Assembly (NCBI GenBank): GCA_035539855.1
Contig: DATLHO010000153.1
Span: 2,151-66,150, forward strand
Direction: 5' to 3'
DNA length: 64,000 nt
From: Candidatus Kapaibacterium sp.
Lineage (GTDB): Bacteria; Bacteroidota; Ignavibacteria; OLB7
Shown here: piece by piece, positions 19,947 to 31,801 of the stretch
How positions within the stretch are numbered: the first letter of the stretch is position 1
Layout: each line of letters begins with the position of its first letter
Made by a program: the position numbers and the translations under genes
The notes under the pieces: generated by a model
The model's database searches: none
What the model saw: only the letters and a program-made list of their open reading frames with translations
What the model was told of the DNA's origin: nothing

Positions 19947-22256
19947 ATGCGTCGTTTTCTTACCCTTTCACTTTCCGCGCTGACCCTCCTCGGAGCATGC
20001 ACCGATTCGCAGCAGGCGCTGCGCTCGACCGCACCGCGTCCGATTCTCGTCGACGAGTACTCGGTGCTCGACGACACGCGGAAAGGAAAGCCGATGAGCG
20101 ACCAGGCGCTGCTGCGCCGCCTCGAGGAGGCTCGCCGGCACTACCTGCTGGCGATGCGCTCGAGCGAGCGTGGCTACGTCGCCGACGCGGCGACGCACTT
20201 CGAGTCGGCGATGACGATCCTCAACGATCTCATCACCTACCCGAACATCTACGCGAACCCCGAGTTCACGAAGCTCTCCGAGAGCGTCATCCGCGACTAC
20301 GAGGAGGAGATCACCTCGCTCGACGAGATGGATCCGAACTCGAGCTTCTTCGTGCTGCGCGACAAGATCTTCCAGGAGGTCGAGGCCATCCCGGTCGAGC
20401 GTCGCTACAGCGCGCGCGACTCGCGGCTGAGCGACGTGTCCGACTTCCAGATCGAGCTGACCGACAACACGCCGGTGCAGCAGTGCATCTCGTTCTTCAC
20501 CAGCGAGCGCGGCAAGAAGTTCTTTGGCAAGTGGCTCGAGCGCACCGGCCGGTACTTCCCGATGTTCGATCGCATCCTCGCCGAGGAGGGCGCGCCGCAG
20601 GAGCTGCGCTTCCTCTCGATGATCGAGAGCGGCCTGAGCCCGTCGGCGGTCTCGTGGGCGAAGGCGGTGGGACTGTGGCAGTTCATCCCGGGCACCGGCA
20701 AGATGTACGGACTGGCGATCGACTGGGAGGTCGACGAGCGCCGCGATCCGGAGAAGGCCACCCGCGCGGCCGCGCGCTACCTGCGCGATCTCTACAATGA
20801 TCTCGGCGACTGGCACCTGGCGCTCGCCTCGTACAACTGCGGACCCGGACGCGTCAAGTCGGCGATCAACAAGGCCGGCTCGCGCGACTACTGGAAGGTT
20901 CGCCAGTTCCTTCCCCGAGAGACCCAGCAGTACGTTCCGCTGTACATCGCGGCGGCCAAGATCACGATGAACCCCGAGGCGTACGGGTTCATCAGCATCA
21001 ACTACGAAGAGCCGCTCGAGCACGACGTGATCGAGCTGAAGAACTCATACGACTTCGCCGCGATCTCCGAGCACTCCGGCATTTCGGTCGAGGAGCTCAA
21101 GAAGCTCAACCCGCACCTACTGCGCGATCGCCTGCCGTCGACCGGCTCGAGCTACCGCCTGAACGTGCCGCTGCGCGCACCGCGCGATCTTGCGGCGCGT
21201 CTGGAGAAGGTTCCGCCGACCGAGCGCGTGCTCGCACAGTTCACGTCGCACAAGGTGCGCCGCGGCGAGAGCCTGACCGGCATCGCGAAGCATTACGGCG
21301 TCGAGCCCTCGGCGATCATGGCGGCCAACGACATGACGAGCCGCTCGAAGCTCAAGAACGGCGTGTCGATCCGCATCCCGCTCGGCCGCAAGACCGAGAG
21401 CGCCTCGGCCGAGCTTGCCGCGACGAGCGCACCGGCGCCTGCGACGACCGCGTCGACCGAGGCCGGTGAGAGCACGCGCGAGGCGACACCCGTTCTCGAG
21501 CAGCAGCCGGTGGCTGCCGTCGCCGCCCCGGCGGTCGAGCGGCGCGCCGGCACCAGCGAGACGAGCGCGATCGAGCGCCGGCCCGTCGAGCAGCCGCGCG
21601 AGGAGACGCGCCTGGCGTCGGCCGCACGCCGCGAGGAGCCGGTCACGCCGCGCACGTCGGTCTCGACGCGCTACCATCGCGTCGCCTCCGGCGAGACGCT
21701 CACCGGCATCGCCCGCGAGCACGGTGTCAGCGTCGCCGACCTCGCCGAGTGGAACGACATGACGCGCAGCGAGGGCGTCAGGATCGGACAACGCCTGCGG
21801 CTGTTCCGCGACGACCGCGCGCTGGCCTCGTCGAAGTCGCGCAGCAAGGCCGACGAGGATCGCCCGACGAAGAAGCGCGGCTCGGTCACCACGACCTCGA
21901 CGCGCTATGAGACCCACAAGGTCCGCCGCGGTGAGTCGCTCAATTCGATCGCCGAGCGCTACGGCGTCTCGATCGAAGATCTGCGCGCATGGAACTCCGA
22001 TGCGAAGGGCCGCAGTCTTCCTGCCGGCGCCCGCCTGAAGATCTACAGCGAGTCGAGCTCCAAGGGCGACGCGAAGAAGTCGAGCCGCAACTCGAAGAGC
22101 GCCCCGAAGAAGTACAAGGTTCGCCGCGGCGACACCCTCGAGGAGATCGCCTCGCGCTACGGCGTCAGCGTCTCGGAGCTGCGCCGCAACAACCCGAGCC
22201 TCTCGAAGAAGGGAGCCAAGCTCAAGGCCGGCCAGTCGATCTCGATCAAGAAGTAG
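19947..22256 (+). CDS. mltD: Membrane-bound lytic murein transglycosylase (MltD-like) lipoprotein with a C-terminal array of 4-5 LysM domains.
   Basis: A lipobox (LLGAC), the SLT catalytic region ([26 protein letters not shown]), and repeated LysM units ([12 protein letters not shown]…IA…YGVS…L…N). Confidence 0.85.
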   Translation: MRRFLTLSLSALTLLGACTDSQQALRSTAPRPILVDEYSVLDDTRKGKPMSDQALLRRLEEARRHYLLAMRSSERGYVADAATHFESAMTILNDLITYPNIYANPEFTKLSESVIRDYEEEITSLDEMDPNSSFFVLRDKIFQEVEAIPVERRYSARDSRLSDVSDFQIELTDNTPVQQCISFFTSERGKKFFGKWLERTGRYFPMFDRILAEEGAPQELRFLSMIESGLSPSAVSWAKAVGLWQFIPGTGKMYGLAIDWEVDERRDPEKATRAAARYLRDLYNDLGDWHLALASYNCGPGRVKSAINKAGSRDYWKVRQFLPRETQQYVPLYIAAAKITMNPEAYGFISINYEEPLEHDVIELKNSYDFAAISEHSGISVEELKKLNPHLLRDRLPSTGSSYRLNVPLRAPRDLAARLEKVPPTERVLAQFTSHKVRRGESLTGIAKHYGVEPSAIMAANDMTSRSKLKNGVSIRIPLGRKTESASAELAATSAPAPATTASTEAGESTREATPVLEQQPVAAVAAPAVERRAGTSETSAIERRPVEQPREETRLASAARREEPVTPRTSVSTRYHRVASGETLTGIAREHGVSVADLAEWNDMTRSEGVRIGQRLRLFRDDRALASSKSRSKADEDRPTKKRGSVTTTSTRYETHKVRRGESLNSIAERYGVSIEDLRAWNSDAKGRSLPAGARLKIYSESSSKGDAKKSSRNSKSAPKKYKVRRGDTLEEIASRYGVSVSELRRNNPSLSKKGAKLKAGQSISIKK

Positions 22257-22275
22257 ACCGACATCGTCAGTGAAA

Positions 22276-22319
22276 ACGCCGAAGGGCTCCGCAGCAAACT
22301 GCGGAGCCCTTCGGCGTTC
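22276..22319. terminator. Bidirectional rho-independent terminator between mltD (+) and cdd (-).
   Basis: A perfect 20-bp inverted repeat (aacgccgaagggctccgcag caaa ctgcggagcccttcggcgtt). On the minus-strand sense it is followed by UUUU; on the plus strand by a weaker ttct. Confidence 0.55.
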
Positions 22320-22340
22320 TGGTGCATCGTGGCCGCCGGA

Positions 22341-22793
22341 TCATCGAGGCCGCTCGAAGCCCTCGAGGTCCTCGGCGCCGAACGGATGCGGCAGCAGCTC
22401 GGCGAGCGTCGTGACCTGGCGCTCGCCCGAAGCGCCGGCGATCACCGTGATCCCCGGAGCGTAGTCGTGCAGGAGCTGGCGACAAATGCCGCACGGCATC
22501 GTCGGGTGCGCCGCATTCGTCGCCACCGCGATCGCCGTGAAGTCCCGAACGCCCTCGGAGAGCGCCTTGACCAGGGCCGTGCGCTCCGCACAGATCGTTC
22601 CGCCGGAGGAGCTCGACTCGACATTGACGCCGGTGAAGATGCGACCGTCGGCGGCCAGCAGCGCGGCGCCGACAGGGAAGCAACTGTAGCGACAACACGC
22701 GTGCGTCATCGCCGCGCGCGCGCTGTCGAGAAGTCGGTCGAGCGCCTCCGCGGACGGCATTTCGAGGCTCGTCGAGGTAGAGGATTCGGACAT
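22341..22793 (-). CDS. cdd: Cytidine deaminase.
   Basis: Zn-binding motifs CAE and PCGxCRQ. The start was set at the internal MSESST. Confidence 0.8.
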   Translation of the reverse strand: MSESSTSTSLEMPSAEALDRLLDSARAAMTHACCRYSCFPVGAALLAADGRIFTGVNVESSSSGGTICAERTALVKALSEGVRDFTAIAVATNAAHPTMPCGICRQLLHDYAPGITVIAGASGERQVTTLAELLPHPFGAEDLEGFERPR

Positions 22794-22811
22794 GCAATAA
22801 CGGCAATCAAA

Positions 22812-22916
22812 TGAGATGTGAACCGCCTGGCCCTCCCTGAGATGTGAACCGCCTGGCCTTCCGTGAGATGTGACCTGCCGGGCATTCCCTGAGATGTGAA
22901 CCGCCTTGTCTTCCCC
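22812..22916. repeat. Four tandem direct copies of a 26-27-bp unit (TGAGATGTGAACCGCCTGGCCYTCCC) in the rarA-cdd intergenic region.
   Basis: Read directly from the sequence. The units start at 22812, 22838, 22864 and 22890. The TGAGATGTGA head is conserved and the tail degenerates in copies 3 and 4. Confidence 0.85.
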
Positions 22917-22933
22917 TGCGGCCGCGGTCCGCA

Positions 22934-24232
22934 CTACCGATCGTCGGTTCCACCGGACTCGTCGCCGTAGCGCTCCGGCCAGTAGCCCTTCAGTCGATCG
23001 GCGATCTTCTTCTCGCCACCTCGCTCCGTCGGTCGGTAGTACACGCGTCCGGCAAGCTCCTTCGGGAAGAACTCCTGCCGAACGAAGCCGCCGTAGTCGT
23101 GCGCGTAGCGGTAGTTGCGTCCGTAGCCCAGGGACTTCATCAGCCCCGTCGGTGCGTTCCGGATGTGCAGCGGCGGCGCCGCGTGCGGATGCCTCCGCGC
23201 ATCCTCCAGCGCGCCCTCGATGCCCATGTACGCCGCGTTGCTCTTCGGCGCGCTCGCGAGGTACGTCGCCCCCTGCCCGAGAATGATCCGCCCCTCCGGC
23301 ATCCCCACCCGCTCGACCGCCATCATGATGTTCGTCGCGAACGTGATCGCGTACGGATCGGCATTGCCGATGTCCTCGCTGGCCAGGATCACCATCCGGC
23401 GCGCGATGAAGATCGGATCCTCCCCCGACTCGATCATCCGCGCCAGGTAGAACAGCGCCGCGTCCGGATCGCTCCCCCGCATGCTCTTGATGAACGCCGA
23501 GATGATGTCGTAGTGCATCTCGCCGGCCTTGTCGTAGAACTGCCGGCTGCTGAACGCCGCACGCACCAGCTCCGAGCCGATCGATGACGTGCCCGCCGGC
23601 ATGAGGTCGCGCGCGAGCTCGAGTCCGGTCAGCAGCTTGCGGCCGTCACCGCCGGAGAGCAGCTTCAGCAGATCGCGATCCTCGATCTCGACGCCCGCCA
23701 GGCGATCGTCGCTCGTCATCGCGCGCTCGAGCAGCTTCTGTAGCGCCTCTTCGTCGAGCGACTTCAACGTGAACACGGCCGAGCGCGACAGCAGCGGAGC
23801 GATCACCTCGAACGAGGGATTCTCCGTCGTCGCTCCGATCAGCGCGATCCACCCCTCCTCCACCGCCGGCAGCAGCGCGTCCTGCTGCGCCTTGTTGAAG
23901 CGGTGGATCTCATCGAGAAACAGCACGAGCTGGCGGCCCTCCGCGTGCGCGGCGCGGCCCTGCTCGATGACCGCGCGCACGTCCTTGACCCCGCTGCTGA
24001 CGGCCGAGAGCTGCACGAACTCGCCGCCGACCTCGGCGGCGAGAATCTGCGCGATCGTCGTCTTGCCGACGCCGGGCGGACCCCATAGGATCATCGAGCG
24101 GAGTCTGCCGCTCTCGACCATACGGCGCAGAGGCTTGCCGGGCGCGATCAGATGATCCTGCCCAACGACGTCGTCGAGATGGCGAGGTCTGAGCCGCACC
24201 GCGAGCGGCGTGATCGACGTTGCTTCGGCCAT
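22934..24232 (-). CDS. rarA: Replication-associated recombination protein A (RarA/MgsA AAA+ ATPase).
   Basis: Walker A (GPPGVGKTT), Walker B (LFLDEIHRF), and the conserved C-terminal MgsA helical domains. Confidence 0.9.
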   Translation of the reverse strand: MAEATSITPLAVRLRPRHLDDVVGQDHLIAPGKPLRRMVESGRLRSMILWGPPGVGKTTIAQILAAEVGGEFVQLSAVSSGVKDVRAVIEQGRAAHAEGRQLVLFLDEIHRFNKAQQDALLPAVEEGWIALIGATTENPSFEVIAPLLSRSAVFTLKSLDEEALQKLLERAMTSDDRLAGVEIEDRDLLKLLSGGDGRKLLTGLELARDLMPAGTSSIGSELVRAAFSSRQFYDKAGEMHYDIISAFIKSMRGSDPDAALFYLARMIESGEDPIFIARRMVILASEDIGNADPYAITFATNIMMAVERVGMPEGRIILGQGATYLASAPKSNAAYMGIEGALEDARRHPHAAPPLHIRNAPTGLMKSLGYGRNYRYAHDYGGFVRQEFFPKELAGRVYYRPTERGGEKKIADRLKGYWPERYGDESGGTDDR

Positions 24233-24298
24233 GTTTGAAGTGGTTGCCCGGGCGCATCGCCTCGGGCAGAGTTCAGTGCGCTCGTCGCGGACGGGATG

Positions 24299-25102
24299 TC
24301 ACTGCGCCGACCCAGGAGGCGCCAGTCGCGACGTCGAGATCTCCTCGACACTTCGCGGATCCTCGCGCCGGCGCTCGAGCTCGACGTCACGCCAGAGCTG
24401 CTGACAGGGGAAGCTGTTTTCGTAGAAGGCCCGACCGATCACGACCGAGTCGACGCCGAGGCGCTCGAGCTCCTGCAGTCGCCATAGATGCTCGACGGTG
24501 GCGACGCCGCCGGCCGAGGTGATCGGCAGCTCGCAGGCGGTCGCCAGGCGGGTGAGCTCCTCGAAATTGGGACCGCGCATCGATCCCTCGTAGTCTCGAT
24601 CGGTGAAGAAGATGCGGCGGAATCCGAGCTGGACCGCGAGCTCGACGAACTCGAGCGAATCGAGCGGCTCGACCGGACGCCACGTCGCGGTCATCGCGCC
24701 GCCCCTGGTGATCGCTCCGGCGATGACGCGTGAGCCGCCATACTGCTCCAGGAGGCCGCGGACGGCCTCGGGGTCCCTGACGATCAGGTCGTGCACGACG
24801 AGCCGGTAGACGCCACCGTCGAGCCACTGGCGGCACTCCTCGGCGTCGGCGCAGCGCGCCAGCAGCATGACCGGCACCTCGACCCGCTGAACGATCGAGA
24901 TGATCTCCGCGTGGTTCTCGATACGCCCCTTGTACAGGCCGTCGTAGTCGGTCACGTGGATCGACTTCGCGTTCTCGGTACGCCACAGCCGTGCGATCTC
25001 GACCGGATCGTTCCGATAGAGCTCGTCGGTCTCGCGTGCTCGCGACTCGATCGTGCGGCAGCAGCGATGATCCTCGATCTCGATGGCGGGGATGACTAGC
25101 AC
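24299..25102 (-). CDS. HisA/HisF-family TIM-barrel protein (ProFAR isomerase-like paralogue), not in a his operon.
   Basis: An N-terminal LVIPAIEI…DPVE…W motif typical of HisA, and a C-terminal phosphate-binding GG…VIGRAFY motif. Confidence 0.6.
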   Translation of the reverse strand: MLVIPAIEIEDHRCCRTIESRARETDELYRNDPVEIARLWRTENAKSIHVTDYDGLYKGRIENHAEIISIVQRVEVPVMLLARCADAEECRQWLDGGVYRLVVHDLIVRDPEAVRGLLEQYGGSRVIAGAITRGGAMTATWRPVEPLDSLEFVELAVQLGFRRIFFTDRDYEGSMRGPNFEELTRLATACELPITSAGGVATVEHLWRLQELERLGVDSVVIGRAFYENSFPCQQLWRDVELERRREDPRSVEEISTSRLAPPGSAQ

Positions 25103-25155
25103 GGTTGTCCTCGTTGAACGCTTACGTCCCGACGCGCCGTCGAGCGGCGCAGTCG

Positions 25156-25935
25156 CTATGTCCCGGCGCCGAGCAGCGCCGCGAGCTCGTCGATCGAGTG
25201 GGCGATCGCCTGCGGCCGGATGTCGGGCCGATCCTGCGGGTGCTCGTCGTCCTGCGGATTGAACCAGACCGTCGCGATGCCCGCGAGCGCGGCGCCGGCA
25301 ATGTCGTTGGCGAAGTTGTCGCCGACGTAGAGCGCGTCGACCGGCTCGACCCCGGCGGCCTCGAGCGCCGCGGTGAAAATCGCCGGATGAGGCTTCTGCA
25401 CGCCGACCTCCTCGGAGTAGATCCGGTAGCGTATCAGATCCGCGAGTCCCGAGAAACCGAGCTTGCGACTCTGCGCCGAGACGAATCCGTTCGTGATGAT
25501 CCCGATCACGTGGTCCGGAGCCAGTCGCTCGAGCATCGTGATGACGCCGGGATACGCCCTGGTCGAGCGCTCGTAGCCGTCCATGTACGAGCTCGAAGCC
25601 TCGGCGATCTGCGGCACGTCGTCCACCTCGGTATCGACGCCCAGGTGCTCAAACCATTGCTCGAAGCGCCGGCGCCGGATGTCCGCCGAGGTGATCGCGC
25701 CCGTGGCGTAGATCTTCCAGAGCGCCTCGTTGATGCGCTCGAAGGCCTCGTGTGCCTCGTCGAAGCGATGTTCACGCAGCAGGCGCGGCCAGCGCTCGCA
25801 CACCAGCTCGAGGCCGCGGCGCAGCGCTCCGCTGTGATCGACGAGCGTGTTGTCGACGTCGAAGAACAGAACCGGCGGCACTCGAGCGAGGCCGCCGGTC
25901 GTCGTCGTCGTTGGTGAACCGGCAGCCAGACTCAT
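25156..25935 (-). CDS. HAD-superfamily hydrolase (subfamily IA).
   Basis: HAD motif I ([10 protein letters not shown]), motif III (K), and motif IV ([11 protein letters not shown]). Confidence 0.7.
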   Translation of the reverse strand: MSLAAGSPTTTTTGGLARVPPVLFFDVDNTLVDHSGALRRGLELVCERWPRLLREHRFDEAHEAFERINEALWKIYATGAITSADIRRRRFEQWFEHLGVDTEVDDVPQIAEASSSYMDGYERSTRAYPGVITMLERLAPDHVIGIITNGFVSAQSRKLGFSGLADLIRYRIYSEEVGVQKPHPAIFTAALEAAGVEPVDALYVGDNFANDIAGAALAGIATVWFNPQDDEHPQDRPDIRPQAIAHSIDELAALLGAGT

Positions 25936-26927
25936 GCGTCCTCGCGGACCGAGCGCGCCGGCGCGCCGGTCGCGGAGATCGCCTCGCGCATCGCGGTGTC
26001 GGCCTGGATGTTCTTCATGTTGTAGAAGTCGAGCGCTCCGAGGTTGCCCTTGCGCAGCGCCTCGGCGATCGCCAGCGGCACCTCGGCCTCGGCCTCGACG
26101 ACCTTCGCGCGCATCTCATGGACGCGCGCGCGCATCTCCTGCTCGTAGGCAACCGCCGCGGCGCGGCGCTCTTCGGCACGCGCCCGCGCGACGTTGAGGT
26201 CGGCCTGCGCCTGATCGGTCGCCAGCTTGGCGCCGATGTTCTCGCCGATGTCGACGTCGGCGATGTCGATCGAGAGAATTTCGAACGCCGTGCCGGAGTC
26301 GAGCCCCTTCTCGAGAACCGTCTTCGAGATGCGATCGGGATTCTCGAGCACGACGCTGTGCGTGTCGCTGGAGCCGATCGTTGAGACGATGCCCTCACCG
26401 ACGCGCGCGATGATCGTCCCTTCGCCGGCGCCGCCGACGAGGCGATCGAGATTGGCGCGCACGGTGACCTTGGCGATCGCACGGACCTGGATGCCGTTGC
26501 GCGCCATGGCGGCGACGGCCGGAGTCTCGATGACCTTCGGGTTGACCGACAGCCGCACGGCCTCGAGCACGTCGCGCCCGGCGAGGTCGATCGCCGTCGC
26601 CCGCTCGAAGTCAAGATGGATGTGCGCCTTGTCCGCGTGGATCAACGCCTCGACGACCTTCTTCACGTTGCCGCCGGCGAGGAAGTGCGATTCGAGCTGG
26701 TCGATGTCGATCGAGATTCCCGCCTTCTGCGCGGTGATCTTCGAGACGACGATCACGTCCGGCGGTACCTTTCGGAAGCGCATGCCCACGAGCGATCCGA
26801 TGCTGACGCGCACGCCGGCAAAGAGCGCGTTGAGCCATAGCCCCACCGGCACCATGTACGTGAACAGCCAGAGCAGGATGATGATGCCGACGATGACCAG
26901 GATTGCCAGGATGACTCCTTGTTCCAT
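25932..26927 (-). CDS. floA: Flotillin-like protein FloA (YqfA/UPF0365).
   Basis: An N-terminal transmembrane helix, an SPFH-like core and an Ala/Glu-rich coiled coil, collinear with B. subtilis FloA. The start was set at MEQGVIL. Confidence 0.8.
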   Translation of the reverse strand: MEQGVILAILVIVGIIILLWLFTYMVPVGLWLNALFAGVRVSIGSLVGMRFRKVPPDVIVVSKITAQKAGISIDIDQLESHFLAGGNVKKVVEALIHADKAHIHLDFERATAIDLAGRDVLEAVRLSVNPKVIETPAVAAMARNGIQVRAIAKVTVRANLDRLVGGAGEGTIIARVGEGIVSTIGSSDTHSVVLENPDRISKTVLEKGLDSGTAFEILSIDIADVDIGENIGAKLATDQAQADLNVARARAEERRAAAVAYEQEMRARVHEMRAKVVEAEAEVPLAIAEALRKGNLGALDFYNMKNIQADTAMREAISATGAPARSVREDA

Positions 26928-27101
26928 GGCTCGAGCCGCGATGCGGCGGATATGTGACAGGTGGGAGAATGCAGACAGGACATTGGCGCGGCCGCGACGT
27001 GGCGGACAAGCCCGACCGTTCGGAAAGATACACACGCGGCGGGCGCGCGGGCGGAACTCACGGCCCTGCGCGACGATGCGAACCTGTGAGCGGGGCCTTC
27101 G

Positions 27102-27523
27102 CTATCGCCGTCCGGCGTGTCGCAGGTATTCGTAGGCGAGATTGAGCTCCTGCATGCGTTTGAGCATCTCGCGCTGCTCGGCGGCGCCGAGATGCGAGAA
27201 GCGATCCGGATGCAGCTCGCGGGCGCGCTGGCGATAGGCCGCGCCGATCTGCTCGGCCGTCGCGTCGTCGGGCAGCCCGAGCGCGCGCAGCGCCGCGCGA
27301 TGCTCCTCCGACAGCTCACGACGGCTCGCGCCGGTGCTCGCGCCATTACTCGCGCCGAGCTCGTCGATCTCCTCCTCGAGCGTCCTGCGACGCGGACGAC
27401 GCGATTCCTCGATAAGCTCGTGGGCACGCCGCAGCTCCTCTTCGAACGTGGAGCTTCGTCGGCCGCCCATGGATTCGGCGCGCGCGATGCGCACCACGCG
27501 GTCGAAGATCTGTCGAAAGGACA

Positions 27524-27524
<1 letters not shown>
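27102..27524 (-). CDS. J-domain (DnaJ-like) protein with the J domain at the C-terminus.
   Basis: The C-terminus carries LGLPDDATAEQIGAAYRQRARELHPDRF, with the HPD tripeptide and a helix II/III pattern. The N-terminal half is charged and low-complexity. Confidence 0.6.
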
Positions 27525-28786
<1,262 letters not shown>

Positions 28787-28793
28787 CGGTTGA

Positions 28794-29816
28794 TCAGCGC
28801 TTCTTGCTCTTGCGGCCCGACTGGGTCTCGCCCGCGGCCGATACGTTGGCCGCTCTCGTGCTCGTCGGCGCGCCCGCGACATGACCGTTCGGTCCGGTCA
28901 GGAACTCGCTCCAGCGGTACTCCGTCGGGATGGCCCGACCCTTCAACGCCTCTTCGATCGCAACGGTTGCGAGCGTCTCGACCATCCAGTTGAAATTCTC
29001 CTCGCCGACGGAGTCACGCTCGGCGTCCGGAGCGGGATTCATGTAATCGATCGCGTACGGGATGCCGTCGCGCACCGCGAACTCGACCGTGTTCATGTCG
29101 TAGCCGAGCGCGTTGCAGATCGTCAGGCAGTCCTGGGTGATGCGACGCGCAAGGTCCTCGCTCGGCGCGAACCCGGCCTGGTAGCGCAGGTGCATCGGGT
29201 TGCGCGGCTCGTACGGCATGATGTGCACGTGCTTGCGCCCGAGAACGTAGCAGCGGTAATACTCCTCGAACTCGACGTCCTCCTGCAGCACCATGCAGAG
29301 GTCGCCGGTCTGATGGTACGCGTCGAAGAACTCGTCGGCGTTGTGCACCTTGTAGACGTGCTTCCAGCCTCCGCCGTCGAACGGCTTCAGCCACGCCGGG
29401 AACCCGACGTAGCCGAAGATCTCGTCCCAGTTCAGCGGGTAGACGAGGTTGCGCATCGACGTGCTCGAGGTGCCAGGCGGATGCTCCTTGCTCGGGAGGA
29501 TCGCGGTCTTCGGCACCGAAACGCCGAGGCGGTGCGCCAGCGAGTAGTTGAAGAACTTGTCGTCGGCCGACCACCAGAAGGGGTTGTTGATGACGCGCGT
29601 CCCGTTGAGCGCCGCGTGCTTGAGCATCGCGCGGTAGAACGGAATGTCCTGCGAGATGCGATCGATGATGACCGTGTAATTGGCCAGGTCATCGAGCTTG
29701 ATCCCACCGGTCTTCAGGAATTCCGCGCGCACATCCTCGCCCCTGCGGTTGATCGCCTCAACCAGAGCCGGCGGGAAGGACTGCTCCATTCCGAATAGAA
29801 CTGCGATCGTCTCCAT
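28794..29816 (-). CDS. ATP-grasp domain ligase (RimK/glutathione-synthetase-like fold).
   Basis: ATP-grasp architecture (a pre-ATP-grasp region, then a central and C-terminal nucleotide-binding region with a conserved K…E/D…N pattern). It sits 7 nt upstream of the GCS2 gene. Confidence 0.65.
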   Translation of the reverse strand: METIAVLFGMEQSFPPALVEAINRRGEDVRAEFLKTGGIKLDDLANYTVIIDRISQDIPFYRAMLKHAALNGTRVINNPFWWSADDKFFNYSLAHRLGVSVPKTAILPSKEHPPGTSSTSMRNLVYPLNWDEIFGYVGFPAWLKPFDGGGWKHVYKVHNADEFFDAYHQTGDLCMVLQEDVEFEEYYRCYVLGRKHVHIMPYEPRNPMHLRYQAGFAPSEDLARRITQDCLTICNALGYDMNTVEFAVRDGIPYAIDYMNPAPDAERDSVGEENFNWMVETLATVAIEEALKGRAIPTEYRWSEFLTGPNGHVAGAPTSTRAANVSAAGETQSGRKSKKR

Positions 29817-29972
29817 GGGGCTCGTCGTGCAAGGAAAACAGAGTGGTTATTGGCATCACCGCGGGTCTGCAGGCCGCTGCGGCAATGGCGGGCAATGTGG
29901 GGATTCTCCCTGATTCCACCAAGCTTCCGTGCGCACCCGAGCGCGATTGCCCGAACTCGGCCCGCCACGGCG

Positions 29973-30002
29973 TTGGATGCTCGGCGTGCGCTCGCGTATC
30001 TT
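29973..30002 (+). promoter_or_regulatory. Candidate sigma70-like promoter for yajQ (TTGGAT, 18-nt spacer, TATCTT).
   Basis: The hexamers were read from the sequence about 30 nt upstream of the yajQ ATG, in the divergent intergenic region shared with the ATP-grasp gene. Confidence 0.25.
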
Positions 30003-30032
30003 GGGCATCTCTCATCGACGAAACGCACTTCC

Positions 30033-30530
30033 ATGGCAGACACATACTCATTCGACATCGTCTCGGACGTCGACATGCAGGAGGCCGACAACGCGGTGCA
30101 GCAGGCCTCCAAGGAGATCCAGCAGCGCTACGACCTCAAGGCGACCAACTCGAGCGTCGAGCTCGATCGCAAGGAGAAGACGATCGCCGTCGAGTCCGGC
30201 AGCGAGTTCAACCTCAAGCAGGTCATCGACGTGCTCGAGTCGAAGCTCGTCAAGCGCGGCATCGCGTTGAAGGCCCTCAAGTACGGCGACGTCGAGCAGG
30301 GCACCAAGGGCAGCGCGCGCCAGAAGATCACGCTGCAGTCCGGCATCGACAAAGAGAACGCGAAGAAGGTCACCAAGATCGTCAAGGACCTCGGCCTCAA
30401 GGTCCAGGCGCAGATCCAGGACAACCAGGTGCGCATCACCGGCAAGGACAAGGATCAGCTCCAGCAGGTGATCCAGGCGCTCAAGACAGCCGACCTCGAC
30501 TTCGCGATGCAGTTCACGAACTACCGCTAG
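30033..30530 (+). CDS. yajQ: YajQ family (UPF0234) nucleotide-binding protein.
   Basis: About 165 aa, MADTYSFDIVSDVD…, fully collinear with YajQ. Confidence 0.85.
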   Translation: MADTYSFDIVSDVDMQEADNAVQQASKEIQQRYDLKATNSSVELDRKEKTIAVESGSEFNLKQVIDVLESKLVKRGIALKALKYGDVEQGTKGSARQKITLQSGIDKENAKKVTKIVKDLGLKVQAQIQDNQVRITGKDKDQLQQVIQALKTADLDFAMQFTNYR

Positions 30531-30590
30531 AGGCCGCCCGGCGCCCCGTCGCCGGGGCGCCGCCTTCACTCCCCTCCCCGCGCAGGTCCG

Positions 30591-31790
30591 ATGTCCCCTC
30601 GCACCTCCCTACCGCTGCTCACGACGCTCGCCGCGCTCCTCGTCTCGGTCCTGCCGGCGCATGCCCAGTCGCGAGCGACGGCCCTGCGCGACATCACCGT
30701 GACGATCGAGGACGCGCGCGCGACGATCGTGCTGCTGGTCGACCGGAAGGTCGGCACGCTCGTCGTCGAGCGTCGCAAGGGCAACGCCCATCTGCGCGCG
30801 CGGCCGATGAGCGCGTCGCGCGCAGCGCTCGCGTCGGCGACGATCCGCTCGGGCGTCCGATCGGTGCGCGCTCGGATCGAGCGGCGCGACGTGCTCGTCG
30901 TCGACGCCGACTTCGAGCGCGAAGTTTCGGCGCTCCGCGTCGTCAGCCGCACGAGCGACCGCATCGTCGTCGAAGCGACCCTCGGCGCACGCGGAAGCAA
31001 AGGCCCATCGCGGCCGCAGACCGCAAGCGTCGGCGCCCGGCGGAGCGATTCCTCTGCGGCTTCGCGTGGCGCGCGCGGTCGCTGGGTGCTCTCGACCATC
31101 GTGATCGATGCCGGCCATGGCGGCAGGGACCCGGGCGCGATCGGCATCGGCGGCGTCGAGGAGAAGTCGGTGACGCTCGCCGTCGCACGGCAACTCCGCA
31201 AGGAGCTCACGCGGCTGATGCCCGGCGTGCGCGTCGTGCTCACGCGCAGCGACGACAGCTCGGTCGAGCTCTTTCGCCGCGGGCAGATCGCCAACGAGCG
31301 CAACGGCCGCCTCTTCATCTCGATCCACTGCAACGCACACCCTGACACCGCGCGTACCGTCGACGGCTTCGAGTGCTACATACTTCGACCGGGCAAGAGC
31401 GAGGAGGCGGCGAGAGTCGTTGCGGCGGAGAACGGTGCGATCCGCTTCGAGTCGGATCAGGAGAAGTACGGTCCGATGAGTGCCGAGAGCGCGATCGTCG
31501 CGAGCATGGCCCAGAGCGCGTTCGCGCGCCTCAGCGAGCAGGCGGCGCAGTCGATCCGCACCTCGATGCGGGCCGGCACCAGGCTGAGGGACCGGGGCGT
31601 GCACCAGGCCGGCTTCTTCGTGCTCGTCGGCGCGTCGATGCCCGCGGTGCTGCTCGAGATCGGCTACCTGACGAGCCCGCGCGATGCGAAGCTGCTCACG
31701 TCCGCCTCGGGCCAGAAGTCCGTCGCCACGGCGATCGCCCGCGGGATCGTCCGCTACGAGAAGATCTACTCCGCCACCCTCGAGCGCTAG
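30591..31790 (+). CDS. N-acetylmuramoyl-L-alanine amidase (AmiC-like) with an N-terminal AMIN domain and a signal peptide.
   Basis: A signal peptide, then the Amidase_3 core (VIDAGHGG…DPGA…, HCNA, and a C-terminal E). Confidence 0.8.
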   Translation: MSPRTSLPLLTTLAALLVSVLPAHAQSRATALRDITVTIEDARATIVLLVDRKVGTLVVERRKGNAHLRARPMSASRAALASATIRSGVRSVRARIERRDVLVVDADFEREVSALRVVSRTSDRIVVEATLGARGSKGPSRPQTASVGARRSDSSAASRGARGRWVLSTIVIDAGHGGRDPGAIGIGGVEEKSVTLAVARQLRKELTRLMPGVRVVLTRSDDSSVELFRRGQIANERNGRLFISIHCNAHPDTARTVDGFECYILRPGKSEEAARVVAAENGAIRFESDQEKYGPMSAESAIVASMAQSAFARLSEQAAQSIRTSMRAGTRLRDRGVHQAGFFVLVGASMPAVLLEIGYLTSPRDAKLLTSASGQKSVATAIARGIVRYEKIYSATLER

Positions 31791-31801
31791 TCACTGCCGC
31801 C

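Noticed and set aside
22812-22916. A CRISPR array was considered for the tandem repeats.
   Set aside because: The units are directly contiguous with no unique spacers. The unit length (26 bp) and copy number (4) fit a simple tandem repeat or operator array, not CRISPR.
29843-31345. A 500-aa Arg-rich ORF spanning yajQ and the amidase gene in another frame.
   Set aside because: Its composition is low-complexity (R/G/A/P), it has no motifs, and it overlaps two well-supported genes in-phase. It is spurious.
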